64,000 nt of DNA from Eledone cirrhosa (Eukaryota): NCBI GenBank assembly GCA_964016885.1, contig OZ024743.1, positions 207,204,001 to 207,268,000 on the forward strand, given 5' to 3'. The notes under the pieces are model-generated. The model made no database searches, was not told where the DNA came from, and saw only the letters and a list, made by a program, of their open reading frames with translations. Shown here in pieces: positions 50,742 through 64,000 of this stretch; the stretch's first letter is position 1, and the number at the start of each line of letters is the position of its first letter. Made by a program: the position numbers and the translations under genes.

Positions 50742-53700
50742 TAAAAAGTATTTCCTACACATTACTTCATAACTAAATGCCACAAAAGTATATTCTCCCA
50801 CACTCTACCAGAACTACTAATCTCCGACACTGATCTATAAAAGTATACTGTGCTACACTCAACCAGAACTACTAATCTCCCACCCTGATCTATTTAAAGT
50901 ATATTATCCTACACTCTACCAATACTACTAATCTCCCACCCTGATCTATTTAAAGTATATTGTCCTACACTCTACCAGTACTACTAATCTCCCACCCTGA
51001 TCTATGTAAAGTATATTGTCCTACACTATATCAGTACTACTAATCTACCACCCTGATCTATGTAAAGTATATTGTCCTACACTCTCCCAGTACTACTAAT
51101 CTACCACCCTGATCTATGTAAAGTATATTGTCCTACACTCTACCAGAACTACTAATCTCCCACCCTGAGCTATGTAAAATATATTGTCCTACGCTCTACC
51201 AGTACTACTAATCCCCCACACTGATCTATGTAAAGTATATTCTCCTACACTCTACCAGTACTACTAATCTACCACCCTGATCTATGTAAAGTATATTTTC
51301 CTACACTCTACTAGTACTACTAATCTACCACCCTGATCTATGTAAAGTATATTGTCCTAAACTCTACCAGTGCTACTAATCTACCACCCTGATCTACGTA
51401 AAGTATATTGTCCTACACTCTACCAGTGCTACTAATCTACCACCTTGATCTATGTAAAGTATATTGTCCTACACTCTACCAGTACTACTAATCTAAAACC
51501 CTTATCTATGTAAAGTATATTGTCCTACACTCTACCAGTGCTACTAATCTACCACCCTGATCTATGTAAAGTATATTGTCCTACACTCTACCAGTACTAC
51601 TAATCTACCACCCTGATCTATGTAAAGTATATTGCCCTACTCTCTACCAGTACTACTAATCTCCCACCCTGATCTATGTAAATTATATTGTCCTACACTC
51701 TACCAGTCCTACTAATCTACCACCCTGATCTATGTAAAGTATATTGTCCTACACTCTACCAGTACTACTAATCTACCAACCTGATCTATGTAAAGTATAT
51801 TGTCCTAAACTCTACCAGTACTACTAATCTATCACCCTGATCTAGTTAAAGTATATTGTCCTACACTCTACCAGTACTACTAATCTACCACCCTGATCTA
51901 TGTAAAGTATATTGCCCTACTCTCTACCAGTGCTACTAATCTACCACCCTGTTCTATGTAAAGTATATTGTCCTACACTCTACCAGTACTACTAAGCTAC
52001 CACCCTGATCTATGTAAAGTATATTGTCCTAAACTCTACCAATACTACTAATCTCCCACCCTGATCTATGTAAAGTATATTGTCCTACACTCTACCAGTG
52101 CTACTAATCTACCACCCTGATCTATGTAAAGTATATTGTCCTACACTCTACCAGTACTACTAATCTCCCACCCTGATCTATGTAAAGTATATTGTCCTAC
52201 ACTCTACCAGTGCTACTAATCTACCACCTTGATCTATGTAAAGTATATTGTCCTACACTCTACCAGTACTACTAATCTACCACCCTGATCTATGTAAAGT
52301 ATATTGTCCTAAACTCTACCAGTGCTACTAATCTCCCACCCTGATCTATGTAAAGTATATTGTCCTACACTCTACCAGTACTACTAATCTCCCACCCTGA
52401 TCCATGTAAAGTATATTGTCCTATACTCTACCAGTGCTACTAATCTACCACCATGATCTATGGAAAGTATATTGTCCTACATTCTACCAGTACTGCTAAT
52501 CTCCTACCCTGATCTATACAAAGTATATTGTCCTACACTCTACCAGTGCTACTAATCTACCACCCTGATCTATGTAAAATATATTGTCCTACACTCTACC
52601 AGTACTACTAATCTACCACCCTGATATATGTAAAGTATATTGTCCTACACTCTACCAGTACTACTAATCTCCCACCCTGATCTATGTAAAATATATTGTC
52701 CTACATTCTACCAGTACTGCTAATCTCCTACCCTGATCTATATAAAGTATATTGTCCTACACTCTACCAGTGCTACTAATCTACCACAATGATCTATGTA
52801 AAGTATATTGTCCTACACTCTACCAGTACTACTAATCTACCACCCTGATCTATGTAAAGTATATTGTCCTACACTCTACCTGTATTACTAATCTCCCACC
52901 CTGATCTACGTAAAGTATATTGTCCTAAACTCTACCAGTACTACTAAACTACCACCCTGATCTATTTAAAGTATATTGTCCTACACTCTACCAGTACTAC
53001 TAATCTACCACCCTCATCTATGTAAAGTATATTGTCCTACACTCTACCAGTACTACTAATCTACCACCCTGATCTATGTAAAGTATATTGTCCTACACTC
53101 TACCAGTACTACTAATCTCCCACCCTGATCTATGTAAAGTATATTGTCCTACACTATATCAGTACTACTAATCTACCACCCTGATCTATGTAAAGTATAT
53201 TGTCCTACACTCTCCCAGTACTACTAATCTACCACCCTGATCTATGTAAAGTATATTGTCCTACACTCTACCAGAACTACTAATCTCCCACCCTGAGCTA
53301 TGTAAAATATATTGTCCTACGCTCTACCAGTACTACTAATCCCCCACACTGATCTATGTAAAGTATATTCTCCTACACTCTACCAGTACTACTAATCTAC
53401 CACCCTGATCTATGTAAAGTATATTTTCCTACACTCTACTAGTACTACTAATCTACCACCCTGATCTATGTAAAGTATATTGTCCTAAACTCTACCAGTG
53501 CTACTAATCTACCACCCTGATCTACGTAAAGTATATTGTCCTACACTCTACCAGTGCTACTAATCTACCACCTTGATCTATGTAAAGTATATTGTCCTAC
53601 ACTCTACCAGTACTACTAATCTAAAACCCTTATCTATGTAAAGTATATTGTCCTACACTCTACCAGTGCTACTAATCTACCACCCTGATCTATGTAAAGT

Positions 53701-56700
53701 ATATTGTCCTACACTCTACCAGTACTACTAATCTACCACCCTGATCTATGTAAAGTATATTGCCCTACTCTCTACCAGTACTACTAATCTCCCACCCTGA
53801 TCTATGTAAATTATATTGTCCTACACTCTACCAGTCCTACTAATCTACCACCCTGATCTATGTAAAGTATATTGTCCTACACTCTACCAGTACTACTAAT
53901 CTACCAACCTGATCTATGTAAAGTATATTGTCCTAAACTCTACCAGTACTACTAATCTATCACCCTGATCTAGTTAAAGTATATTGTCCTACACTCTACC
54001 AGTACTACTAATCTACCACCCTGATCTATGTAAAGTATATTGCCCTACTCTCTACCAGTGCTACTAATCTACCACCCTGTTCTATGTAAAGTATATTGTC
54101 CTACACTCTACCAGTACTACTAAGCTACCACCCTGATCTATGTAAAGTATATTGTCCTAAACTCTACCAATACTACTAATCTCCCACCCTGATCTATGTA
54201 AAGTATATTGTCCTACACTCTACCAGTGCTACTAATCTACCACCCTGATCTATGTAAAGTATATTGTCCTACACTCTACCAGTACTACTAATCTCCCACC
54301 CTGATCTATGTAAAGTATATTGTCCTACACTCTACCAGTGCTACTAATCTACCACCTTGATCTATGTAAAGTATATTGTCCTACACTCTACCAGTACTAC
54401 TAATCTACCACCCTGATCTATGTAAAGTATATTGTCCTAAACTCTACCAGTGCTACTAATCTCCCACCCTGATCTATGTAAAGTATATTGTCCTACACTC
54501 TACCAGTACTACTAATCTCCCACCCTGATCCATGTAAAGTATATTGTCCTATACTCTACCAGTGCTACTAATCTACCACCATGATCTATGGAAAGTATAT
54601 TGTCCTACATTCTACCAGTACTGCTAATCTCCTACCCTGATCTATACAAAGTATATTGTCCTACACTCTACCAGTGCTACTAATCTACCACCCTGATCTA
54701 TGTAAAATATATTGTCCTACACTCTACCAGTACTACTAATCTACCACCCTGATATATGTAAAGTATATTGTCCTACACTCTACCAGTACTACTAATCTCC
54801 CACCCTGATCTATGTAAAATATATTGTCCTACATTCTACCAGTACTGCTAATCTCCTACCCTGATCTATATAAAGTATATTGTCCTACACTCTACCAGTG
54901 CTACTAATCTACCACAATGATCTATGTAAAGTATATTGTCCTACACTCTACCAGTACTACTAATCTACCACCCTGATCTATGTAAAGTATATTGTCCTAC
55001 ACTCTACCTGTATTACTAATCTCCCACCCTGATCTACGTAAAGTATATTGTCCTAAACTCTACCAGTACTACTAAACTACCACCCTGATCTATTTAAAGT
55101 ATATTGTCCTACACTCTACCAGTACTACTAATCTACCACCCTCATCTATGTAAAGTATATTGTCCTACACTCTACCAGTACTACTAATCTACCACCCTGA
55201 TCTATGTAAAGTATATTGTCCTACACTCTACCAGTACTACTAATCTCCCACCTTGATCTATGTAAAGTATATTGTCCTACACTCTACCAGTACTACTAAT
55301 CTACCACCCTGATCTATGTAAAGTATATTGTCCTACACTCTACATAGATCAGGGTGGTAGATTAGTAGAACTGGTAAAGTATATTGTCCTACACTCTACC
55401 AGTGCTACTAATCTACCAACTTGATCTACGTAAAGTATATTGTCCTACACTCTACCAGTGCTACTAATCTACCAACCTGATCTATGTAAAGTATATTGTC
55501 CTACACTCTACCAGTGCTACTAATCTACCACCCTCATCTATGTAAAGTATATTGTCCTACACTCTACCAGTACTACTAATCTACCACCCTGATCTATGTA
55601 AAGTATATTGTCCTACACTCTACCAGTGCTACTAATCTACCACCTTGATCTATGTAAAGTATATTGTCCTACACTCTACCAGTACTACTAATCTACCACC
55701 CTGATCTATGTAAAGTATATTGTCCTACACTCTACATAGATCAGGGTGGTAGATTAGTAGAACTGGTAAAGTATATTGTCCTAAACTCTACCAGTACTAC
55801 TAATCTACCACCTTGATCTATGTAAAGTATATTGTCCTACATTCTACCAGTGCTACTAATCTACCACCCTGATCTACGTAAAGTATATTGTCCTACACTC
55901 TACCAGTGCTACTAATCTACCACCTTGATCTATGTAAAGTATATTGTCCTACACTCTACCAGTACTACTAATCTAAAACCCTTATCTATGTAAAGTATAT
56001 TGTCCTACACTCTACCAGTGCTACTAATCTACCACCCTGATCTATGTAAAGTATATTGTCCTACACTCTACCAGTACTACTAATCTACCACCCTGATCTA
56101 TGTAAAGTATATTGCCCTACTCTCTACCAGTACTACTAATCTCCCACCCTGATCTATGTAAAGTATATTGTCCTACACTCTACCAGTACTACTAATCTAC
56201 CACCCTGATCTATGTAAAGTATATTGTCCTACACTCTACCAGTACTACTAATCTACCAACCTGATCTATGTAAAGTATATTGTCCTAAACTCTACCAGTA
56301 CTACTAATCTATCACCCTGATCTAGTTAAAGTATATTGTCCTACACTCTACCAGTACTACTAATCTACCACCCTGATCTATGTAAAGTATATTGCCCTAC
56401 TCTCTACCAGTGCTACTAATCTACCACCCTGAACTATGTAAAGTATATTGTCCTACACTCTACCAGTACTACTAATCTACCACCCTGATCTATGTAAAGT
56501 ATATTGTCCTAAACTCTACCAATACTACTAATCTCCCACCCTGATCTATGTAAGGTATATTGTCCTACACTCTACCAGTGCTACTAATCTACCACCCTGA
56601 TCTATGTAAAGTATATTGTCCTACACTCTACCAGTACTACTAATCTCCCACCCTGATCTATGTAAAGTATATTGTCCTACACTCTACCAGTGCTACTAAT

Positions 56701-59700
56701 CTACCACCTTGATCTATGTAAAGTATATTGTCCTACACTCTACCAGTACTACTAATCTACCACCCTGATCTATGTAAAGTATATTGTCCTAAACTCTACC
56801 AGTGCTACTAATCTCCCACCCTGATCTATGTAAAGTATATTGTCCTACACTCTACCAGTACTACTAATCTCCTACCCTGATCTATATAAAGTATATTGTC
56901 CTACACTCTACCAGTGCTACTAATCTACCACCCTGATCTATGTAAAATATATTGTCCTACACTCTACCAGTACTACTAATCTACCACCCTGATATATGTA
57001 AAGTATATTGTCCTACACTCTACCAGTACTACTAATCTCCCACCCTGATCTATGTAAAATATATTGTCCTACATTCTACCAGTACTGCTAATCTCCTACC
57101 CTGATCTATACAAAGTATATTGTCCTACACTCTACCAGTGCTACTAATCTACCACAATGATCTATGTAAAGTATATTGTCCTACACTCTACCAGTACTAC
57201 TAATCTACCACCCTGATCTATGTAAAGTATATTGTCCTACACTCTACCTGTATTACTAATCTCCCACCCTGATCTACGTAAAGTATATTGTCCTAAACTC
57301 TACCAGTACTACTAATCTCCCACCCTGATCTACGTAAAGTATATTGTCCTAAACTCTACCAGTACTACTAAACTACCACCCTGATCTATTTAAAGTATAT
57401 TGTCCTACACTCTACCAGTACTACTAATCTACCACCCTCATCTATGTAAAGTATATTGTCCTACACTCTACCAGTACTACTAATCTACCACCCTGATCTA
57501 TGTAAAGTATATTGTCCTACACTCTACCAGTACTACTAATCTCCCACCTTGATCTATGTAAAGTATATTGTCCTACACTCTACCAGTACTACTAATCTAC
57601 CACCCTGATCTATGTAAAGTATATTGTCCTACACTCTACATAGATCAGGGTGGTAGGTTAGTAGAACTGGTAAAGTATATTGTCCTACACTCTACCAGTG
57701 CTACTAATCTACCAACTTGATCTACGTAATATATATTGTCCTACACTCTACCAGTGCTACTAATCTACCAACCTGATCTATGTAAAGTATATTGTCCTAC
57801 ACTCTACCAGTGCTACTAATCTACCACCTTGATCTATGTAAAGTATATTGTCCTACACACTACCAGTGCTACTAATCTACCAACCTCATCTATGTAAAGT
57901 ATATTGTCCTACACTCTACCAGTACTACTAATCTACCACCCTGATCTATGTAAAGTATATTGTCCTACACTCTACCAGTGCTACTAATCTACCACCTTGA
58001 TCTATGTAAAGTATATTGTCCTACACTCTACCAGTACTACTAATCTACCACCCTGCTCTATGTAAAGTATATTGTCCTACACTCTACATAGATCAGGGTG
58101 GTAGATTAGTAGAACTGGTAAAGTATATTGTCCTACACTCTACCAGTGCTACTAATCTACCAACTTGATCTACGTAAAGTATATTGTCCTACACTCTACC
58201 AGTGCTACTAATCTACCACCCTGATCTATGTAAAGTATATTGTCCTACACTCTACCAGTGCTACTAATCTACCACCCTAATCTATGTAAATTATATTGTC
58301 CTACACTCTACCAGTGCTACTAATCTACCACCTTGATCTATGTGAAGTATATTGTCCTACACTCTACCAGTACTACTAATCTCCCACCCTGATCTATGTA
58401 AAATATATTGTCCTACATTCTACCAGTACTGCTAATCTCCTACCCTGATCTATACTAAGTATATTGTCCTACACTCTACCAGTGCTACTAATCTACCACG
58501 ATGATCTATGTAAATTATATTGTCCTACACTCTACCTGTACTACTAATCTACCACCCTGATCTATGTAAAGTATATTGTCCTACACTCTACCTGTATTAC
58601 TAATCTCCCACCCTGATCTACGTAAAGTATATTGTCCTAAGCTCTACCAGTACTACTAAACTACCACCCTGATCTATGTAAACTATATTGTCCTACACTC
58701 TACCAGTACTACTAATCTACCACCCTGATCTATGTAAAGTATATTGTACTACACTCTACCAGTACTACTAATCTCCCACCTTGATCTATGTAAAGTATAT
58801 TGTCCTACACTCTACCAGTACTACTAATCTACCACCCTGATCTATGTAAAGTATATTGTCCTACACTCTACCAGTACTACTAATCTACCACCCTGATCTA
58901 TGTAAAGTATATTGTCCTACACTCTACCAGTACTACTAATCTACCAACCTGATCTATGTAAAGTATATTGTCCTAAACTCTACCAGTACTACTAATCTAT
59001 CACCCTGATCTAGTTAAAGTATATTGTCCTACACTCTACCAGTACTACTAATCTATCACCCTGATCTATGTAAACTATATTGTCCTACACTCTACCAGTG
59101 CTACTAATCTACCACCTTGATCTATGTAAAGTATATTGTCCTACACTCTACCAGTGCTACTAATCTACCACCCTGATCTATGTAAAGTATATTGTCCTAC
59201 ACTCTACCAGTGCTACTAATCTACCACCCTGATCTATGTAAAGTATATTGTCCTACACTCTACCAGTACTACTAATCTCCCACCCTGATCTTTGTAAAGT
59301 ATATTGTCCTACACTCTACCAGTGCTACTAATCTACCACCTTGATCTATGTAAAGTATATTGTCCTACACTCTACCAGTGCTACTAATCTACCACCTTGA
59401 TCTATGTAAAGTATATTGTCCTACACTCTACCAGTACTACTAATCTACCACCCTGATCTATGTAAAGTATATTGTCCTAAACTCTACCAGTGCTACTAAT
59501 CTCCCACCCTGATCTATGTAAAGTATATTGTCCTACACTCTACCAGTACTACTAATCTCCCACCCTGATCTATGTAAAGTATATTGTCCTACACTCTACC
59601 AGTGCTACTAATCTACCACCTTGATCTATGTAAAGTATATTGTCCTACACTCTACCAGTGCTACTAATCTACCACCCTGATCTATGTAAAGTATATTGTC

Positions 59701-62700
59701 CTACACTCTACCAGTGCTACTAATCTACCAGCTTGATCTATGTAAAGTATATTCTCCTACACTCTACCAGTGCTACTAATCTACCACCTTGATATATGTA
59801 AAGTATATTGCCCTACACTCTACCAGTACTACTAATCTACCACCTTGATCTATGTAAAGTATATTGTCCTACATTCTACCAGTACTACTAATCTACCACT
59901 CTGATCTATACAAAGTTGTATTGTCCTACACTCTACCAGTATTATTAATCTCCCACCCTGATGTATACAAAGTATATTGTCCTACACTCTACCAGTGCTA
60001 CTAATCTACCACCCTGATCTATGTAAAATATATTGTCCTACACTCTACCAGTACTACTAATCTACTACCCTGATCTATGTAAAGTATATTGTCCTACACT
60101 CTACCAGTACTACTAATCTACCACCCTGATCTATGTAAAATATATTGTCCTACATTCTACCAGTACTGCTAATCTCCTACCCTGATCTATACAAAGTATA
60201 TTGTCCTACACTCTACCAGTGTTACTAATCTACCACACTGATCTATGTAAAGTATATTGTCCTACACTCTACCAGTACTACTAATCTACCACCCTGATCT
60301 ATGCAAAGTATATTGTCCTACACTCTACCAGTATTACTAATCTCCCACCCTGATCTATGTAAAGTATATTGTCCTAAACTCTACCAGTACTACTAAACTA
60401 CCACCCTGATCTATGTAAAGTATATTGTCTACACTCTACCAGTACTACTAATCTACCACCCTGATCTATGTAAAGTATATTGTCCTACACTCTACCAGTA
60501 CTACTAATCTACCACCCTGATCTATGTAAAGTATATTGTCCTACACTCTACTAGTACTACTAATCTCCCACCTTGATCTATGTAAAGTATATTGTCCTAC
60601 ACTCTACCAGTACTACTAATCTACCACCTCTATCTATGTAAAGTATATTGTCCTACACTCTACCAGTACTACTAATCTACCACCCTGATCTATGTAAAGT
60701 ATATTGTCCTACACTCTACCAGTACTACTAATCTCCCACCTTGATCTATGTAAAGTATATTGTCCTACACTCTACCAGTACTACTAATCTACCACCCTGA
60801 TCTATGTAAAGTATATTGTCCTACACTCTACCAGTACTACTAATCTTCCACCCTGATCTATGTAAAGTATATTGTCCTACACTCTACCAGTACTACTAAT
60901 CTCCCACCCTGATCAATGTAAAGTATATTGTCCTACACTCTACCAGTACTACTAATCTACCACCCTGATCTATGTAAAGTATATTGTCCTAAACTCTACC
61001 AGTACTACTAAACTACCACCCTGATCTATGTAAAGTATATTCTCCTACACTCTACCAGTACTACTAATCTACCACCCTGATCTATGTAAAGTATATTGTC
61101 CTACACTCTACCAGTGCTACTAATCTTCCACCTTGATCTATGTAAAGTATATTGTCCTAAACTCTACCAGTACTACTATTCTACTACCCTGATCTATGTA
61201 AAGCATATTGTCCTACACTCGACCAGTACTACTAATCTCCCAACTTGATCTATGTAAAGTATCTTGTCCTACACTCTACCAGTACTACTAATCTACCACC
61301 CTGATCTATGTAAAGTATATTGTCCTACACTCTACCAGTGCTACTAATCTACCACCTTGATCTATGTAAAGTATATTGTCCTACACTCTACCAGTGCTAC
61401 TAATCTACCACCTTGATCTACGTAAAGTATATTCTCCTACACTCTACCAGTGCTACTAATCTACCACCTTGATATATGTAACGTATATTGCCCTACACTC
61501 TACCAGTACTACTAATCTACCACCTTGATCTATGTAAAGTATATTGTCCTACATTCTACCAGTACTACTAATCTACCACCCTGATCTATAAAAAGTTGTA
61601 TTGTCCTACACTCTACCAGTATTACTAATCTCCCACCCTGATCTATGTAAAGTATATTGTCCCAAACTCTACCCGTACTACTAAACTACCACCCTGATCT
61701 ATGAAAAGTATATTGTCCTACACTCTACCAGTACTACTGATCTACCACCCTGATCTATGTAAAGTATATTGTCCTAAACTCTACCAGTACTACTAATCTA
61801 CTACCCTGAACTATGTAAAGCATATTGTCCTACACTCGACCAGTACTACTAATCTCCCAACTTGATCTATGTAAAGTATCTTGTCCTACACTCTACCAGT
61901 ACTACTAATCTACCACCCTGATCTATGTAAAGTATATTGTCCTACACTCTACCAGTACTACTAATCTCCCACCCTGATCTATGTAAAGTATATTGTCCTA
62001 CACTCTATCAGTACTACTAATCTACCACCCTGATCTATGTAAAGTATCTTGTCCTACACTCTACCAGTACTACCAATCTACCACCCTGATCTATGTAAAG
62101 TATATTGTCCTACACTCTACCAGTACTACCAATCTACCACACTGATCTATGTAAAGTATATTGTCCTAAACTCTACCAGTAATACTAATCTACCACCCTG
62201 ATCTATGTAAAGTATATTGTCCTACACTCTACCAGTACTACTAATCTACCACCCTGATCTATGTAAAGTATATTGTCCTACACTCTACCAGTACTACTAA
62301 TCTCACACCCTGATCTATGTAAAGTATATTGTCCTAAACTCTACCAGTACTACTAATCTCCACCCTGCTCTATGTAAAGTATATTGTCCTACACTCTACC
62401 AGTACTACTAATCTACCACCCTGATCTATGTAAAGTATATTGTCCTACACTCGACCAGTACTACTAATCTACCACCCTGATCTATGTAAAGTATATTGTC
62501 CTACACTCAACCAGTACTACTAATCCCCCACCCTGATCTATTTAAAGTATATTGTCCTACACTCTACCAGAACTACTAATATACCAACCTGATCTATGTA
62601 AAGTATATTGTCCTACACTCTACCAGTACTACTAATCTACCACCCTGATCTAATAAAGTATATTGTCCTACACTCTACCAGTGCTACTAATCTCTCACCC

Positions 62701-64000
62701 TCATCTATGTAAAGTATATTGTCCTACACTCTACCAGTGCTACTAATCTACCACCTTGATCTATGTAAAGTATATTGTCCTACACTCTACCAGTACTACT
62801 AATCTACCACCCTGATCTATGTAAAGTATATTGTCCTACACTCTACCAGTGCTACTAATCTACCAGCTTGATCTATGTAAAGTATATTCTCCTACACTCT
62901 ACCAGTGCTACTAAACTACCACCTTGATATATGTAAAGTATATTGCCCTACACTCTACCAGTACTACTAATCTACCACCTTGATCTATGTAAAGTATATT
63001 GTCCTACATTCTACCAGTACTACTAATCTACCACTCTGATCTATACAAAGTTGTATTGTCCTACACTCTACCAGTATTACTAATCTCCCACCCTGATGTA
63101 TACAAAGTATATTGTCCTACACTCTACCAGTGCTACTAATCTACCACCCTGATCTATGTAAAGTATATTGTCCTACACTCTACCAGTACTACTAAACTAC
63201 CACCCTGATCTATTTAAAGTATATTGTCCTACACTCTACCAGTACTACTAATCTACCACCCTGATTTATGTAAAGTATATTGTCCTACACTCTACCAGTA
63301 CTACTAATCTACCACCTTGATCTATGTAAAGTATATTGTCCTACACTCTACCAGTACTACTAATCTTCCACCCTGATCTATGTAAAGTATATTGTCCTAC
63401 ACTCTACCAGTACTACTAATCTCCCACCCTGATCTATGTAAAGTATATTGTCCTACACTCTACCAGTACTACTAAGCTACCACCCTGATCTATGTAAAGT
63501 ATATTGTCCTACACTCTACCAGTACTACTAATCTACCACCCTGATCTATGTTAAGTATATTGTCCTACACTCTACCAGTACTACGAATCTACCACCATGA
63601 TCTATGTAAAGTATATTGTCCTAAACTCTACCAGTACTACTAATCTACCACCCTGATCTATTTAAAGTATATTGTCCTACACTCTACCAGTACTACTAAT
63701 CTCCCACCCTCATCTATATAAAATATATTGTCCTAAACTCTACTAGTACTACTAATCTACCACCTTAATCTATTTAAAGTATCTTGTCCTACACTCTACC
63801 AGTACTACTAATCTCCCACCCTGATCTATGTAAAGTATATTGTCCTACACTCTACCAGTACTACTAATCTACCACCCTGATCTATGTAAAGTATATTGTC
63901 CTACACTCTACCAGTACTACTAATCTACCACCCTGATCTATGTAAAGTATATTGTCCTACACTCTACCAAGTACTACTAATCTACCACCCTGATCTATGT
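50742..64000. repeat. 56-bp satellite CTACACTCTACCAGTACTACTAATCTACCACCCTGATCTATGTAAAGTATATTGTC, >230 copies, running off the window end
   Basis: Direct reading; degenerate left edge; higher-order structure. Confidence 0.98.

Noticed and set aside
50742-64000. Centromeric or telomeric identity of the 56-bp satellite
   Set aside because: No TTAGGG repeats, and centromere function cannot be inferred from sequence alone.

Overview
Eukaryotic, AT-rich, repeat-dominated genomic DNA. It is most likely cephalopod (octopus-like), inferred from the dense (TA)n/(CA)n/(TC)n microsatellites, tRNA-derived SINEs and RTE LINEs with (TGA)n tails. There are no prokaryotic genes and no CRISPR array. Contents: a 27-bp triplet-based minisatellite (1-7.2 kb); a CpG-rich candidate exon of an unidentified host gene (~8.2-8.4 kb); one full-length RTE-clade LINE with an intact ORF (AP endonuclease + RT with a PHD-like finger inserted in the RT, 33.1-36.9 kb, minus strand); several truncated RTE, RTE-X and CR1 fragments; many SINE copies; a non-autonomous Helitron; and ~60-bp, 28-bp and 56-bp tandem arrays, the last filling 50.8-64 kb with higher-order repeats and internal micro-inversions. 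The least obvious signal is a set of minimal type I hammerhead ribozyme motifs: six with intact cores from five unrelated sequence families, including a tandem U3-A8 core variant, plus several decayed ones. They sit in short ORF-less elements whose 3' side runs into (TA)n and which often form inverted or tandem repeats, an arrangement resembling Penelope-like pseudo-LTRs or retrozymes. All folds were read by eye; no searches or folding programs were run.
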